A program made the translations under genes and the position numbers. DNA of 64,000 nt from Thainema sp. (GTDB lineage: Bacteria; Cyanobacteriota; Cyanobacteriia; Phormidesmidales; Phormidesmidaceae): positions 97,833-161,832 of the forward strand of contig JBQLZK010000007.1 in the NCBI GenBank assembly GCA_052168235.1. The letters are read 5' to 3'. The notes under the pieces are model-generated. The model had not been told where the DNA came from. It saw only the letters and a program-made list of their open reading frames with translations, and did not search any database. Numbering within the stretch: the stretch's first letter is position 1; each line of letters opens with the position of its first letter. Of the stretch, positions 20,385 to 30,777 are shown piece by piece.

Positions 20385-21032
20385 ATGACTGACTTTCAAC
20401 CCAATCCTAAACCGTCTGAATCGTCCGCCTCTGCTGAATCGTCCGTACCCAAAAGTAACAACGTGTGGAAGTGGGTGGCGATTGGCTGCGGTGGAGCTTT
20501 CCTCCTATTTGTGCTGCTGATTGCAGGCACGACGTTTTTTGCCTTCCGCCAGCTCAACTTTTCAATGGATCCAGAAGAAGTCGAAGCCAAAGCCCGCACA
20601 GTCTTTGACTACGAAATTCCCGGTGGATCGCAGGGTTTACTAACCATGAATATGTTCGGCATCGAAATGATTCAGGTCACGGATACCAATCAGCCGCCGG
20701 AGATTATGCTGATGGTCGGCACTCTGCCGCCCGCTTTTCAAACCGAACAAACGCAGGAGCAGTTCCTGGAAGGGTTCCAAGACAGCCTGTCTGATCAGCA
20801 GCAGTTTGAAACCCAGGATCAGCGGATTGAAGAACGCCAACTCTGTGGTGAAACGGTTTCCGTCCTCATTCAAGAAGGCAGTGCATCAACTGGACAGTCG
20901 GCAGAACCTGCAACGACCTACTCTACCGTTGTCGCTTACGACGGAACAAGCCGCTTTGCCTGGTTACAAGCTAGTGGTGAGAATGCAAATGCACTGGCGG
21001 AGCAGGTGTTTACATCTCTCGAATGCCGCTAG
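20385..21032 (+). CDS. Hypothetical single-pass membrane protein
   Basis: WKWVAIGCGG TM segment followed by a soluble domain; coding-like ORF. Confidence 0.6.
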   Translation: MTDFQPNPKPSESSASAESSVPKSNNVWKWVAIGCGGAFLLFVLLIAGTTFFAFRQLNFSMDPEEVEAKARTVFDYEIPGGSQGLLTMNMFGIEMIQVTDTNQPPEIMLMVGTLPPAFQTEQTQEQFLEGFQDSLSDQQQFETQDQRIEERQLCGETVSVLIQEGSASTGQSAEPATTYSTVVAYDGTSRFAWLQASGENANALAEQVFTSLECR

Positions 21033-21063
21033 TTCAGCTTAATTTTGGAACGCTGGCCAGTCA

Positions 21064-21177
21064 TAGCAGTCGTCACATCGGTTAGACCGTTGGAAAACTC
21101 TGATAACGTTCAAACGCTCAAGCGTTGGATTTCGTATTGGATTTCGTAACTGTCTCCATCAACGTGACGATGGCTAT
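21064..21177. repeat. MITE-like element with imperfect TIRs
   Basis: ATAGCAGTCGTCAC ... GTGACGATGGCTAT (12/14 complementary); internal AACGTT-type short repeats; a related end occurs at 58916-58930. Confidence 0.45.
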
Positions 21178-21215
21178 CAATTCAACCTGATTGAACAGCA
21201 CCCGCTAAAGCGTTG

Positions 21216-21875
21216 CTAATCAACGAGCGCGGGTTTAAGTTGCTCAAATAAATTAGCGACCTTTACCAGATCTTTATCGCCCGGAGAACGCTCGACGCCG
21301 CTAGATAAGTCAATGCCGCTGGGCGAGAGCTGACGCAAAGCCGCTTGGACATTATCAGGGCGCAAACCGCCTGCCAAAAACCAGGGGCGGCTGGGTCGAA
21401 ACGTCTGGAGCGTTTGCCAATCCAGCGTTTTTCCCGTGCCACCAAACAGATGAGGATGATAAGCATCCAGCAGCAACGCATTAATCACGGGTTCATAAGC
21501 TGCGATCGCACTTAAATCTTCGCTGGAGCGAATCCGAAAGGCTTTAATCAGCTCAATATCGGGTAACGCTTGTCGAACTTGGGCGCAAACGTCCGGGGAC
21601 TCATTTCCATGCAGCTGCACGCCATTGAGCCGTCCCAGGTTGACCGTCTGCTCAATCGTCGCCAGGTCAGCATTCACAAACACGCCAATTCGATCCACGG
21701 TGTAAGTTCCAGCCGCATTCAGCGGTAGGGCATCAACGATGGCCCCAATTTGCTCTGGTGTCACAAAGCGGGGCGACTTTGTCGCACAGATAAACCCAAG
21801 TGCAGTTGCTCCCAACTGTGCGATCTCAACTCCCTGATCCGGCTGAGTAATCCCGCAGATTTTAATTCGTAACAT
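21216..21875 (-). CDS. trpF: Phosphoribosylanthranilate isomerase
   Basis: IKICGIT, VQLHGNE, LLDAY, GGTGKT, LAGGL and DLSSGVE. Confidence 0.95.
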   Translation of the reverse strand: MLRIKICGITQPDQGVEIAQLGATALGFICATKSPRFVTPEQIGAIVDALPLNAAGTYTVDRIGVFVNADLATIEQTVNLGRLNGVQLHGNESPDVCAQVRQALPDIELIKAFRIRSSEDLSAIAAYEPVINALLLDAYHPHLFGGTGKTLDWQTLQTFRPSRPWFLAGGLRPDNVQAALRQLSPSGIDLSSGVERSPGDKDLVKVANLFEQLKPALVD

Positions 21876-21997
21876 ACATCCAATTGGCGATTAAGAACCC
21901 TAACGAATATTGAGCTGTGTGAACTCTGTTAAATAAATCATAGATTTGTGTGCCCGCTTTTTTATAATTCGGGTGACTTGTCTGGAGAATAAACCTC

Positions 21998-22261
21998 ATG
22001 GATTTTGCACTACTTGCCGCTGTTGCCCAAACCACAGAATGGTCATGGAAAGTGGCTGCGGTCATGATCACCTGCAACGTATTTGCCATTGTGATTGGCT
22101 ATTACGCAATTCAAAAACGCGGGGTTGGCCCATCCCTGCCCGTTGAACTTCCTGCTATTTTCACAGGTTTTGGCGTTCCCGAACTGCTTGCTACCGCTAG
22201 TTTTGGCCATCTGCTAGGCGCTGGCATGATTTTGGGCTTGTCCAATGCAGGTTTGCTCTAA
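21998..22261 (+). CDS. psaK: Photosystem I subunit PsaK
   Basis: WS.KVA.VM..CN.FAI.IG...LLATASFGHLLGAG.ILGL. Confidence 0.92.
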   Translation: MDFALLAAVAQTTEWSWKVAAVMITCNVFAIVIGYYAIQKRGVGPSLPVELPAIFTGFGVPELLATASFGHLLGAGMILGLSNAGLL

Positions 22262-22718
22262 CGTTAACCGAGTTGACCTGTTGTCACGACATCCTAATTT
22301 ACCGATCGCATCTGTTCATAAGAATTCCGGTTAACCAATAACACAAGACCCTCACCCCATTACTCTGGCAAAAAGCTCTGGGAAAGAAGTCGGGGGTGGG
22401 GGTCTCCAAAGCCCAAATCTGCGGTTATCCACACCCAGCCTTGCATTGAGAACTTCGATAAAATATAGACATCTGGCGGGTTGAGTGGGATATGTCGAAC
22501 CTGCAAATCAGAACCAGTTTTATTTTTTGTGGAAAGTTGGTGTAGCCGTTGCCATTGTGGTTGAGACATTTACAAAATCCAGCGTTTAAACGTGAACGTT
22601 GGAGCATTTTCAGAGTTTTCCAACGGTCTAACCAAGATGGCTACTATATACGAGCTTTTCACAAAAAATAAATCATCGGTAATCCCCGCCCCATTCATCG
22701 GATTTAAGGACAGTCTCT

Positions 22719-23939
22719 ATGCAATCTGGATGGCGAATAGGCTCCCTCTTTGGCATTCCATTTTATATCGATCCCTCTTGGCTGATCGTGGTCACGCTAG
22801 TGGCGTTTGCCTACGGTAGTGACTGGCAGTCACCTGCTGTTTTAAGCGAAATGAACTGGAGTAGCGGTATTGCCTGGTTGGCAGGCTTGCTGACGGCTTT
22901 GTTGCTGTTTGGCTCGGTGCTGCTGCATGAACTGGGTCACAGCTTAGTGGCGCGATCGCAGGGCATCAACGTCAATTCCATTACCCTCTTCCTGTTTGGT
23001 GGCATTGCCGCCATTGACCGCGAATCGAAAACGCCGGGTCAAGCTTTTCAAGTTGCGATCGCAGGCCCAACCGTTAGCTTCATCCTGTTTGCGCTGCTAG
23101 CTGCCGTCAGCGTGCTCACAATTACTCCCCCCAGCGTGCGGCTAATTGCCAGCAGCGTTGCTCAAATCAATCTCGTCTTAGGCCTATTCAACCTCATTCC
23201 TGGTCTGCCCTTAGACGGTGGCCAAATTCTCAAATCTCTGGTCTGGAAGATCACCAATGATCGATTTGCGGGTGTGCGATGGGCTGCTCGTACCGGATTG
23301 ATTCTAGGCTGGATAGCCGTTGCCATTGGCGTTTCTAACTTCTTCATCTCCGGCAATATTTCCATGCTGTGGATTGCCTTTATCGGCGGCTTCTGTATCC
23401 GGAACGCCAGCGCCTACAGCCGTATGACCGATTTACAAGAAGCGCTGTCAGGCTTAACATCTGCCGATGCCATGATGCGCGATTTTCGCGTCGTTGATGC
23501 TGACCTGACGCTACGAGAGTTTGCCGACCAGTACGTGCTGATGGCTGACTCCCGACCTCCCATGTACTTTGCAGCATCCAACGGTCGCTACCGTGGAGCT
23601 ATATCGGTTGATGATTTGCGGTCTATCGAGCGGAGTCAATGGGACGTTTTGCGAGTTGCCGACATTGCCCACTCTTTGACCGAAATCCCATCCGCGCGCG
23701 AATCGGCTCCCATTACTGAAGTGATCAATCGGCTGGATGAAGAGCAGCTCCAGCGCCTGACGATTCTCACACCTGCTGATGCCGTCGCCGGAACCATTGA
23801 CCGGGGTGATATTGTTCGAGCATTGGCTCAGAAAATCAATCTCAAAGTTCCAGAAGAACTGATTCAGCGCATCAAAGAAGAAGGTGCTTACCCACCTGGC
23901 CTGAAGCTGTCTGCTCTATCAAAATCAATGGCAGATTAA
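22719..23939 (+). CDS. Site-2 protease (M50) with CBS domains
   Basis: HELGH and FNLIPGLPLDGG motifs; C-terminal CBS pair. Confidence 0.9.
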   Translation: MQSGWRIGSLFGIPFYIDPSWLIVVTLVAFAYGSDWQSPAVLSEMNWSSGIAWLAGLLTALLLFGSVLLHELGHSLVARSQGINVNSITLFLFGGIAAIDRESKTPGQAFQVAIAGPTVSFILFALLAAVSVLTITPPSVRLIASSVAQINLVLGLFNLIPGLPLDGGQILKSLVWKITNDRFAGVRWAARTGLILGWIAVAIGVSNFFISGNISMLWIAFIGGFCIRNASAYSRMTDLQEALSGLTSADAMMRDFRVVDADLTLREFADQYVLMADSRPPMYFAASNGRYRGAISVDDLRSIERSQWDVLRVADIAHSLTEIPSARESAPITEVINRLDEEQLQRLTILTPADAVAGTIDRGDIVRALAQKINLKVPEELIQRIKEEGAYPPGLKLSALSKSMAD

Positions 23940-23957
23940 GTTTAGTGTGAACATTAA

Positions 23958-24000
23958 CCAAACAAAGGGGGCCGCGCGATGCGCGGCCCCCTTTGTTTGG
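23958..24000. repeat. Long perfect palindrome between convergent genes
   Basis: CCAAACAAAGGGGGCCGCGC-GAT-GCGCGGCCCCCTTTGTTTGG, 20-bp arms. Confidence 0.8.
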
Positions 24001-24020
24001 AATGGCTAATTTATCCCCAG

Positions 24021-25658
24021 TTAAACTCGTGCTTTTGCGACTTCCGGATCAACGGCTTGGCGCTGAGGATGGAGCGACTTGACCTGCTGAAGCGCGGCAT
24101 AGAGCCGATTCAGTGCGTTCAAATAGGCATGGGTTGACGCCACAATAATATCGGTATTGGCGGCATGACCGGAGTAGACGCGATCCTCATGGCGTAATCG
24201 AATTGTCACCTCACCGATCGCATCGATGCCTGCTGTGACAGACTGAACCGAAAACTCAATCAGCTCATTCGGAATGTCTACGACGCGGTTGATTGCCTTA
24301 TAAACCGCATCCACTGGCCCAGTCCCAATGGCTGCATCCGTCAGCTCATCGCCCTCTGGAGTACGCAGCGTAACAGTAGCCGTGGGCCGCGCGTGGTCAC
24401 CGCAGGATACCTGCACCAGTTCCAACCGGAAATGCTCAGGGGCCTGCTGCGTTTCATCGTTGATAATCGCTTCCAAATCGCGATCGCTAATGTCTTTCTT
24501 TTTGTCAGCCAGTTCCTTAAAGCGAATAAACGCTTTATTCAACGCCTGCTCATCCATTTCAAACCCCAGATCCCGCAGGCGAGTGCGGAAGGCATTGCGA
24601 CCGGAGTGCTTACCCAAGACAATTTGATTGGTGTTCACCCCAATCGACTGGGCATCCATGATCTCATAGGTCAGCTTGTGTTTTAGCACACCGTCCTGGT
24701 GGATACCGGACTCATGGGCAAAGGCATTGGTGCCAACGATGGCCTTGTTGGGCTGTACCAGCATACCTGTCAGGTTAGAAACCAGGCGCGAGGTCTTGTA
24801 GATCTCCTGCGTGTTGATGCGAGTGAGCGGTTCCTCCGACTCCGGTGGACGACCGAGACAAGGATTGTAAAACTGCCGCCGAACGTGTAGCGCCATCACC
24901 AGTTCTTCCAGCGCTGCGTTGCCTGCTCGTTCGCCGATGCCGTTAATTGTGCATTCGAGCTGCCGCGCCCCATTCTTCACCGCTTCCAGAAAGTTGGCAA
25001 CGGCCAAGCCCAAGTCATTGTGGCCATGTACTGAAATAATGGCCTGATCAATATTGGGCACGTTTTCCTTAATGCCGCGAATCAGGCCACCAAATTCACT
25101 GGGTGTCGTATAACCAACGGTATCGGGAATATTAATCGTCGTCGCTCCAGCTGCGATCGCACGTTCCAGCACTTCATACAGAAATTCCGGATCAGAGCGC
25201 GCTGCATCCTCCGGTGAGAACTCCACGTCATTCGTAAACGACTTGGCAAAGGCAACCATCTCTTCTGCGATCTCAAGTACCTCTGGTCGAGTTTTACGCA
25301 GCTTGTATTCCAGGTGAATATCAGATGTGGCAATAAAGGTATGAATACGCCAGTGGGCTGCTGGTTTGAGGGCATTGGCCGCTGCTTCAATATCCTGGCG
25401 AGTGGCTCGTGCCAAACCACAGATTGTGGGGCCATCTTCTGTCCCCACCTGCTCGGCAATCCGCTGAACCGCTTCAAAATCCCCCGGACTAGCAAAGGGA
25501 AAACCCGCTTCAATGATGTCTACACCCAGCCGAGCCAGTTGACGCGCAATGGTTAGCTTCTCTTCAACATTAAGCGTTGCTCCCGGAGACTGTTCACCAT
25601 CTCGCAGGGTGGTATCAAAGATCAGAATGCGCTCTGGACTTTGGGATGATGTAGTCAT
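24021..25658 (-). CDS. leuA: 2-isopropylmalate synthase
   Basis: [24 protein letters not shown] and [10 protein letters not shown]-terminal regulatory domain. Confidence 0.95.
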   Translation of the reverse strand: MTTSSQSPERILIFDTTLRDGEQSPGATLNVEEKLTIARQLARLGVDIIEAGFPFASPGDFEAVQRIAEQVGTEDGPTICGLARATRQDIEAAANALKPAAHWRIHTFIATSDIHLEYKLRKTRPEVLEIAEEMVAFAKSFTNDVEFSPEDAARSDPEFLYEVLERAIAAGATTINIPDTVGYTTPSEFGGLIRGIKENVPNIDQAIISVHGHNDLGLAVANFLEAVKNGARQLECTINGIGERAGNAALEELVMALHVRRQFYNPCLGRPPESEEPLTRINTQEIYKTSRLVSNLTGMLVQPNKAIVGTNAFAHESGIHQDGVLKHKLTYEIMDAQSIGVNTNQIVLGKHSGRNAFRTRLRDLGFEMDEQALNKAFIRFKELADKKKDISDRDLEAIINDETQQAPEHFRLELVQVSCGDHARPTATVTLRTPEGDELTDAAIGTGPVDAVYKAINRVVDIPNELIEFSVQSVTAGIDAIGEVTIRLRHEDRVYSGHAANTDIIVASTHAYLNALNRLYAALQQVKSLHPQRQAVDPEVAKARV

Positions 25659-25779
25659 AGCAAACCAGCACTAACTCAGAATGATTTTGGATAACAGATC
25701 CATTCTAATGTGCAGACTTCGATTGATATCAACCGAGATCAACGGTTTATGTGGTTTATGTTGTGTTTTGTAGACGATC

Positions 25780-27543
25780 CTATTCCTCTATCCGTAGCTC
25801 ATGGATATTCCATAGCGCTCCACCCAAGGCAGAATACTTAACACCTTGAACATCGTTACGGACGGCTGCTAGAGAAAGGGGATTGATTAAATAAATAAAC
25901 GGCAAATACTCCTGGGCCAGAATTTGTGTTTGAGCATAGATGGCTTTGCGCTTTTCCTCATCCAGCTCTTGGGCTCCTTGCGTATACAAACGGCCAATCT
26001 CTGCCTCCCAGTCCGCAATGACCCGACCTTCAATCGGTTCTTGCCCAGGCGTTTCCTTTTGATTAAACGAATGAAGAGTACCATCTGGCTGCCAAACATT
26101 TGCACCATTATTGGGTTCAACTCCTCCTGTGAAACCAATCAAGTGGCAGTCCCAATCTAAGGTGTCTGTCAGCTTTGCCACTAGCGCATTAAACGCCAGC
26201 GGTTGAAAATCAACCCGTATCCCGATCGCTGCCAAATCCTGTTTAATCTGGGCACCCATCGCTTCTCGGATTTTGTTGCCCGAATTGGTGATCAGCGTAA
26301 ACCGGACGCGATTGCCCTCAGCGTCCAGCAGTTCGCCGTCGCTGTTGTAGGTAAAGCCTGCGCTCAGCAACAGCTCCTTGGCCCGTTCTGGATTATGTTC
26401 ATAAACTGGCAAGCCCTCTTCCGGGGGCAGGTAGTACGGACTTTGCACCGAAATCGGTGAGTTTTGGGGTTTTCCTAGCCCTTGATAGATATTGTTCAAC
26501 ATCTTTTGCCGATCGAGGCCATAGGCGATGGCTTGGCGGAATTCGAGCGTGTTAAACCAAGCCGACTTAATCGGATTAACTAGTGGTACGCCGTTACGGT
26601 TTCCTTTGTTCAAGTTAAAGCTGATAAACGTTGTGCCGGGTGCCGCACCACCCTCAAAAATGGTGAAATTACCCCGATCTTCTTCTCGTTTCAGCAGAGA
26701 AAAATAGTCAGGTGCCACACTCGTCACGTCTAATCCTCCAGAGCGGAACTGGATCAGCGCAGTTTCGGTAGACTCCACGATTTCCCAAATCACGCGATCG
26801 ATGTAGGGCTGAGGGGCACCTGAATCAGGAGAGCGCCAATAGTAGGGATTTTTCTCGAAGATGACTCGTTCACCCGTTACGTACTGGGCCAAACGATAAG
26901 GACCTGTACCGATAATCTGCTCAGCAGGTGTGTTAGTTCCCCACTTTGACAAAAATAAAGGATTGCCTTCAGCATTCTTGGTTAAGATGGATTCCCGCAA
27001 TAGATGTGCAGGCAGGATTTCCAACCCTGTTGCGCGGAGAAACGGAGCAAAGGGTTCAGGCACCGTAAACTCTACCTGGCGGTCATTGAGCTTGCGCACG
27101 GCTGGCAACGCACCGCTTTCGCCAACCCGAAGAATATCTCTAGAACCCGTTGGGATCTCCTCATTGAGATATACCTCGTTGTAGCTAAAGATGACGTCAT
27201 CAGCCGTCAAGGGTTCACCATCGGCCCACTTTAGATTCGGTCGCAGCGTATATGTAATTCGAAGATTGTCGTCAGAAATTTCCCAAGATTCAGCCAGAGC
27301 AGGCTGAATGTCACCCGTCAGTCCATCGGCTTCGATTAATCCATCAAAGGTTAACGGAAAGATATTGGGTGATTCTTGACTCAGCGCTGGGTTAAACGTT
27401 TTAGGATCGCTGAGGTTACTATCAACTAATTGGGGAACCTGAGCCGCCTCGGTTTCAAAGGCTTCTAGGCTACAGCCTGCCAGAGGGAGGCTGAGCACCA
27501 AAATTAATAATCCGCATAACCAGCTACGCAACCAAGAGGGCAT
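25780..27543 (-). CDS. ABC transporter peptide/oligopeptide-binding lipoprotein (SBP family 5)
   Basis: Lipobox LAGC; DPKTFNP, PALAESW and GTGPY motifs. Confidence 0.9.
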   Translation of the reverse strand: MPSWLRSWLCGLLILVLSLPLAGCSLEAFETEAAQVPQLVDSNLSDPKTFNPALSQESPNIFPLTFDGLIEADGLTGDIQPALAESWEISDDNLRITYTLRPNLKWADGEPLTADDVIFSYNEVYLNEEIPTGSRDILRVGESGALPAVRKLNDRQVEFTVPEPFAPFLRATGLEILPAHLLRESILTKNAEGNPLFLSKWGTNTPAEQIIGTGPYRLAQYVTGERVIFEKNPYYWRSPDSGAPQPYIDRVIWEIVESTETALIQFRSGGLDVTSVAPDYFSLLKREEDRGNFTIFEGGAAPGTTFISFNLNKGNRNGVPLVNPIKSAWFNTLEFRQAIAYGLDRQKMLNNIYQGLGKPQNSPISVQSPYYLPPEEGLPVYEHNPERAKELLLSAGFTYNSDGELLDAEGNRVRFTLITNSGNKIREAMGAQIKQDLAAIGIRVDFQPLAFNALVAKLTDTLDWDCHLIGFTGGVEPNNGANVWQPDGTLHSFNQKETPGQEPIEGRVIADWEAEIGRLYTQGAQELDEEKRKAIYAQTQILAQEYLPFIYLINPLSLAAVRNDVQGVKYSALGGALWNIHELRIEE

Positions 27544-27727
27544 GACGATGTTCCTAAGTCTGTGAGCTTTACCTTATTCACATTTTGCACCAAAACCCAA
27601 AGGAGGCATGTTGCTGCACATTGTGAACGTAATATCCTGCTTCAATTTTTTGACCTAATATCAAGATCCAAAATTGACTAATTTCTGGAATGTACGAGCG
27701 TGTACTGGCGTGTAGTTATTAACGGGT

Positions 27728-28204
27728 TTAGCGGGTTAACAAAGCCACTGCATAGGCAGCAATGCCTTCTTCGCGTCCAGTAGGACCTAATTTTTCGTTA
27801 GTGGTGGCTTTGATGCCGACTTGATCGGGGTCAATGGTTAAAACCGTAGAAATGCGATCGCGCATGGCCTGAATGTGTGGCTTCAGCTTTGGCCGTTCAG
27901 CAACCACCACCGTATCGAGATTGCCAATTTGCCAGCCTTTTTCCTGAATCAGTTGATGCACCTGGGCGAGCAGTTCGGTGCTGTCAGCTCCAGCCCAGCG
28001 CTGCTCAGTGGGCGGAAAGTAAAGGCCAATATCGCCTAAGCTCAGGGCACCCAGCATGGCGTCCATGATGGCATGGATCAGCACATCTGCATCGCTGTGA
28101 CCGATTAAGCCCAGTTCATGCGGAATATGAACGCCGCCCAAAATGAGGGGACGACCGGAGCCGAGTCGATGAATGTCGTAGCCGTTGCCAATCCGAATGT
28201 TCAT
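27728..28204 (-). CDS. ispF: 2-C-methyl-D-erythritol 2,4-cyclodiphosphate synthase
   Basis: [19 protein letters not shown] and KATTNEKLG; likely ATG at 28204. Confidence 0.95.
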   Translation of the reverse strand: MNIRIGNGYDIHRLGSGRPLILGGVHIPHELGLIGHSDADVLIHAIMDAMLGALSLGDIGLYFPPTEQRWAGADSTELLAQVHQLIQEKGWQIGNLDTVVVAERPKLKPHIQAMRDRISTVLTIDPDQVGIKATTNEKLGPTGREEGIAAYAVALLTR

Positions 28205-28255
28205 AGCGTGCGTAGCCGTCCCGTTAGAAATAAATTCCACCGAAATTCAGGCTAC

Positions 28256-28356
28256 CTCACATCTTGCACCAAAACCCAGAAGAGTTATTTTGCCGCCACG
28301 ATGCGGCAGCAAAATAACCTTTTCAGGCTCTCAGCGTATAAGGTGCAAGATGTGAG
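28256..28356. mobile_element. MITE with CTCACATCTTGCAC terminal inverted repeats
   Basis: Perfect TIRs CTCACATCTTGCAC / GTGCAAGATGTGAG; CTAC duplicated on both flanks; internal hairpin GTTATTTTGC...GCAAAATAAC. Confidence 0.8.
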
Positions 28357-28396
28357 CTACCGTGTCTAGTTGCTCAATATGTAATTTGGGTTCAAC

Positions 28397-28451
28397 CGCG
28401 AGATAGTTTTGCAGCGGCACGCATTGCGTGCCGCTGCAAAACTATCTCGCG
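28397..28451. repeat. Long perfect palindrome immediately after trmD
   Basis: CGCGAGATAGTTTTGCAGCGGCACGCA-T-TGCGTGCCGCTGCAAAACTATCTCGCG, 27-bp arms. Confidence 0.8.
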
Positions 28452-28453
28452 AT

Positions 28454-29152
28454 TTACGGGTCAGCATTTTGCTGCTGCCACTGTTCGTACAAATCAGGGC
28501 GGCGGTCTTTTGTACGCTGCACCTGTTGGTCGTGTCGCCATTGTGCGATCGCAGCATGATTTCCCGATCGCAGCACCTCTGGCACTTCCCACTCGCGGAA
28601 CACAGCGGGTCGAGTGTATTGCGGATAATCTAACAGTCCGGCTTCAAAGCTTTCGTATTTAAGAGAATCCACCTTACCAACCGTTCCAGGCCGCAGCCGA
28701 ATCACGCCGTTGACGAGCGCCAGTGCCGGAATTTCGCCACAGGTCAAAACAAAATCGCCCAGCGACACTTCTCGATCAACTAAATTCAGAACCCGCTCAT
28801 CTACCCCTTCATAGTGGCCGCAAATTAACACAAGCTGGTCATAGTTCTCAGCTAGTTCGCGAAACAGGGGTTGGCGCATCGGTTCACCCTGCGGCGTCAT
28901 CAGCAACACCTGCCGCTGAGCCAAACAGGGCAGAGACTCCACTGCCGCAAAAATTGGCTCTGGTTTCATCAACATGCCCACTCCGCCCCCATAGGGTTCG
29001 TCGTCTACCCGATGATGCTTATCCAGCGCAAAATCGCGGGGATTAGTTAAATAAACCGACGCAATATCATTGGCTAACGCTTTCCCCAACAGCCCACTCT
29101 GTAGCGGCGATGTGAAGAAATCTGGAAATAACGTGACAATATCAATCCGCAC
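28454..29152 (-). CDS. trmD: tRNA (guanine-N1)-methyltransferase
   Basis: VDDEPYGGGVGM, CGHYEGVDER, SLGDFVL, YPQYTRP and SGNH; likely GTG at 29152. Confidence 0.95.
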   Translation of the reverse strand: MRIDIVTLFPDFFTSPLQSGLLGKALANDIASVYLTNPRDFALDKHHRVDDEPYGGGVGMLMKPEPIFAAVESLPCLAQRQVLLMTPQGEPMRQPLFRELAENYDQLVLICGHYEGVDERVLNLVDREVSLGDFVLTCGEIPALALVNGVIRLRPGTVGKVDSLKYESFEAGLLDYPQYTRPAVFREWEVPEVLRSGNHAAIAQWRHDQQVQRTKDRRPDLYEQWQQQNADP

Positions 29153-29200
29153 AAGTGAACGCCTAAATTTTGACCTAAAGTTCAATACTAATCAGCCTTT

Positions 29201-29329
29201 GAGAAGTGAGGAGTGAGGAGTAGGGCTAGAAAGACCAACATCCAACACACAGTACCTAATACCTAGTACCTAGTACCTAACTCTCAATACCCAGAACCGA
29301 CTCCTCAGCACTCAATTCTCAGCACTCAA
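29201..29329. repeat. Heptameric short tandem repeats (STRR-like)
   Basis: GAGGAGT and TAGTACC tandem units, and CTCAGCACTCAA twice. Confidence 0.6.
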
Positions 29330-29632
29330 ACCGCGATCGCACATCCTCTAAACTGTTTTTGCCATATTTTTGCCACAAAACGCAGCAAATTAGACGGTAG
29401 AGGTCAGCGGCAATCTGGTTCAATGTTCAATAGTAAAAATACTAAAACGTCATGAACCGTTAAACGATGTGCATGGAAAGTGGTTTGCATAGTTATCAAT
29501 TTCAAGCTTGAGTAAAATGATAGGTTGCGTCTAGCTACTTAGCCTAAAAATTGCTCTCTCGCAATTCGTCGCTGATCAGAGTAAAAAACTGGAGCCAGCG
29601 CATATTTCAACGTAATCGCGATACACTCAATC

Positions 29633-30484
29633 ATGCTGCAATTAGAGTCTCAACCTCTTTCGAGAATGCCTCAATCCACGAAAACCGCCGTGATGGTAAT
29701 TGGCGGTGCTGAAGACAAGATCCACGGGCGAGAAATTCTCCACACCTTCTTTGAGCGAGCGGGTGGAACAGACGCGAATATCGCCGTGATCCCCTGTGCT
29801 TCCCGTGAACCGGTTGCGATCGCAAGTCGCTATCGGGACATTTTTACCGACATGGGCGCACGCACGATTGAGGTGCTGGATATTCGCGATCGCGATCATG
29901 GCGAAGATCCGCTGTGGAAAAGCCGAATTGAGGACGCAACGGGTGTCTTCATGACGGGCGGCGATCAGCTACGGCTGTGTGGCTTGCTGGCCGATACGCC
30001 TGTGATGGAGTTGATCCGCCAGCGGGCACAACTGGGACAAATTACTTTAGCAGGTACCAGTGCTGGAGCGGCTGTCATGGGCCACCACATGATTGCGGGC
30101 GGCGGCAGCGGTGAATCGCCGAATCGCTCTCTAGTGGATATGGCGACTGGGCTGGGTATTCTGCCCGATGTCATCGTGGATCAGCATTTTCACAACCGAA
30201 ATCGGATGGCTCGCTTAATCAGCGCCATTGCTATGCATCCCGATCGCTGGGGAATTGGCATTGACGAAGACACCTGTGCCATGTTTGAGAATGACTCAGT
30301 TTTTCAAGTGATTGGCAAAGGCGTGGTCAGCGTGATTGATCCAGGGCACTGCACCTACACTAATCAAGCCGATATTGGCGCAGATGATCCGATTAGCCTG
30401 CACAACTTGAGCGTTCACTATCTGACCCACGGCGATCGGTTTGATCTGAAACACCGCAAATCAATCCCGCCGCAAAGCGCTTAA
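29633..30484 (+). CDS. cphB: Cyanophycinase
   Basis: IGGAEDK, TGGDQ, GTSAGA and DQHF..RNR; lies upstream of cphA. Confidence 0.95.
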   Translation: MLQLESQPLSRMPQSTKTAVMVIGGAEDKIHGREILHTFFERAGGTDANIAVIPCASREPVAIASRYRDIFTDMGARTIEVLDIRDRDHGEDPLWKSRIEDATGVFMTGGDQLRLCGLLADTPVMELIRQRAQLGQITLAGTSAGAAVMGHHMIAGGGSGESPNRSLVDMATGLGILPDVIVDQHFHNRNRMARLISAIAMHPDRWGIGIDEDTCAMFENDSVFQVIGKGVVSVIDPGHCTYTNQADIGADDPISLHNLSVHYLTHGDRFDLKHRKSIPPQSA

Positions 30485-30777
30485 ACGATTTCGGCGATTC
30501 CGGCTGCTTACTACACCTAAGCAATCTATTCCCCTACAAATCGACATGATCCTGCTGAAGATACTTGGTTGAGGAGATAACGCTTCCATAAGATGAGATC
30601 CAGAGCTAGAGTTTGCCCAAATCCCTAACTGACTATCGGTTTCGGCCTCACTGTTTCGTCTCTCCAAATAAAACTTCACGATAAAACTGTTTACTGTGAA
30701 CAGATTAGAAACTTTTTGAGGTCTGAGACTAGGTAGGTGCTGCACCCTTACCCTCAGAAGACTGCTGGATATTGCAC

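Noticed and set aside
29612..29624. Possible NtcA site upstream of cphB
   Set aside because: GTAATCGCGATAC has N7 spacing rather than GTA-N8-TAC.
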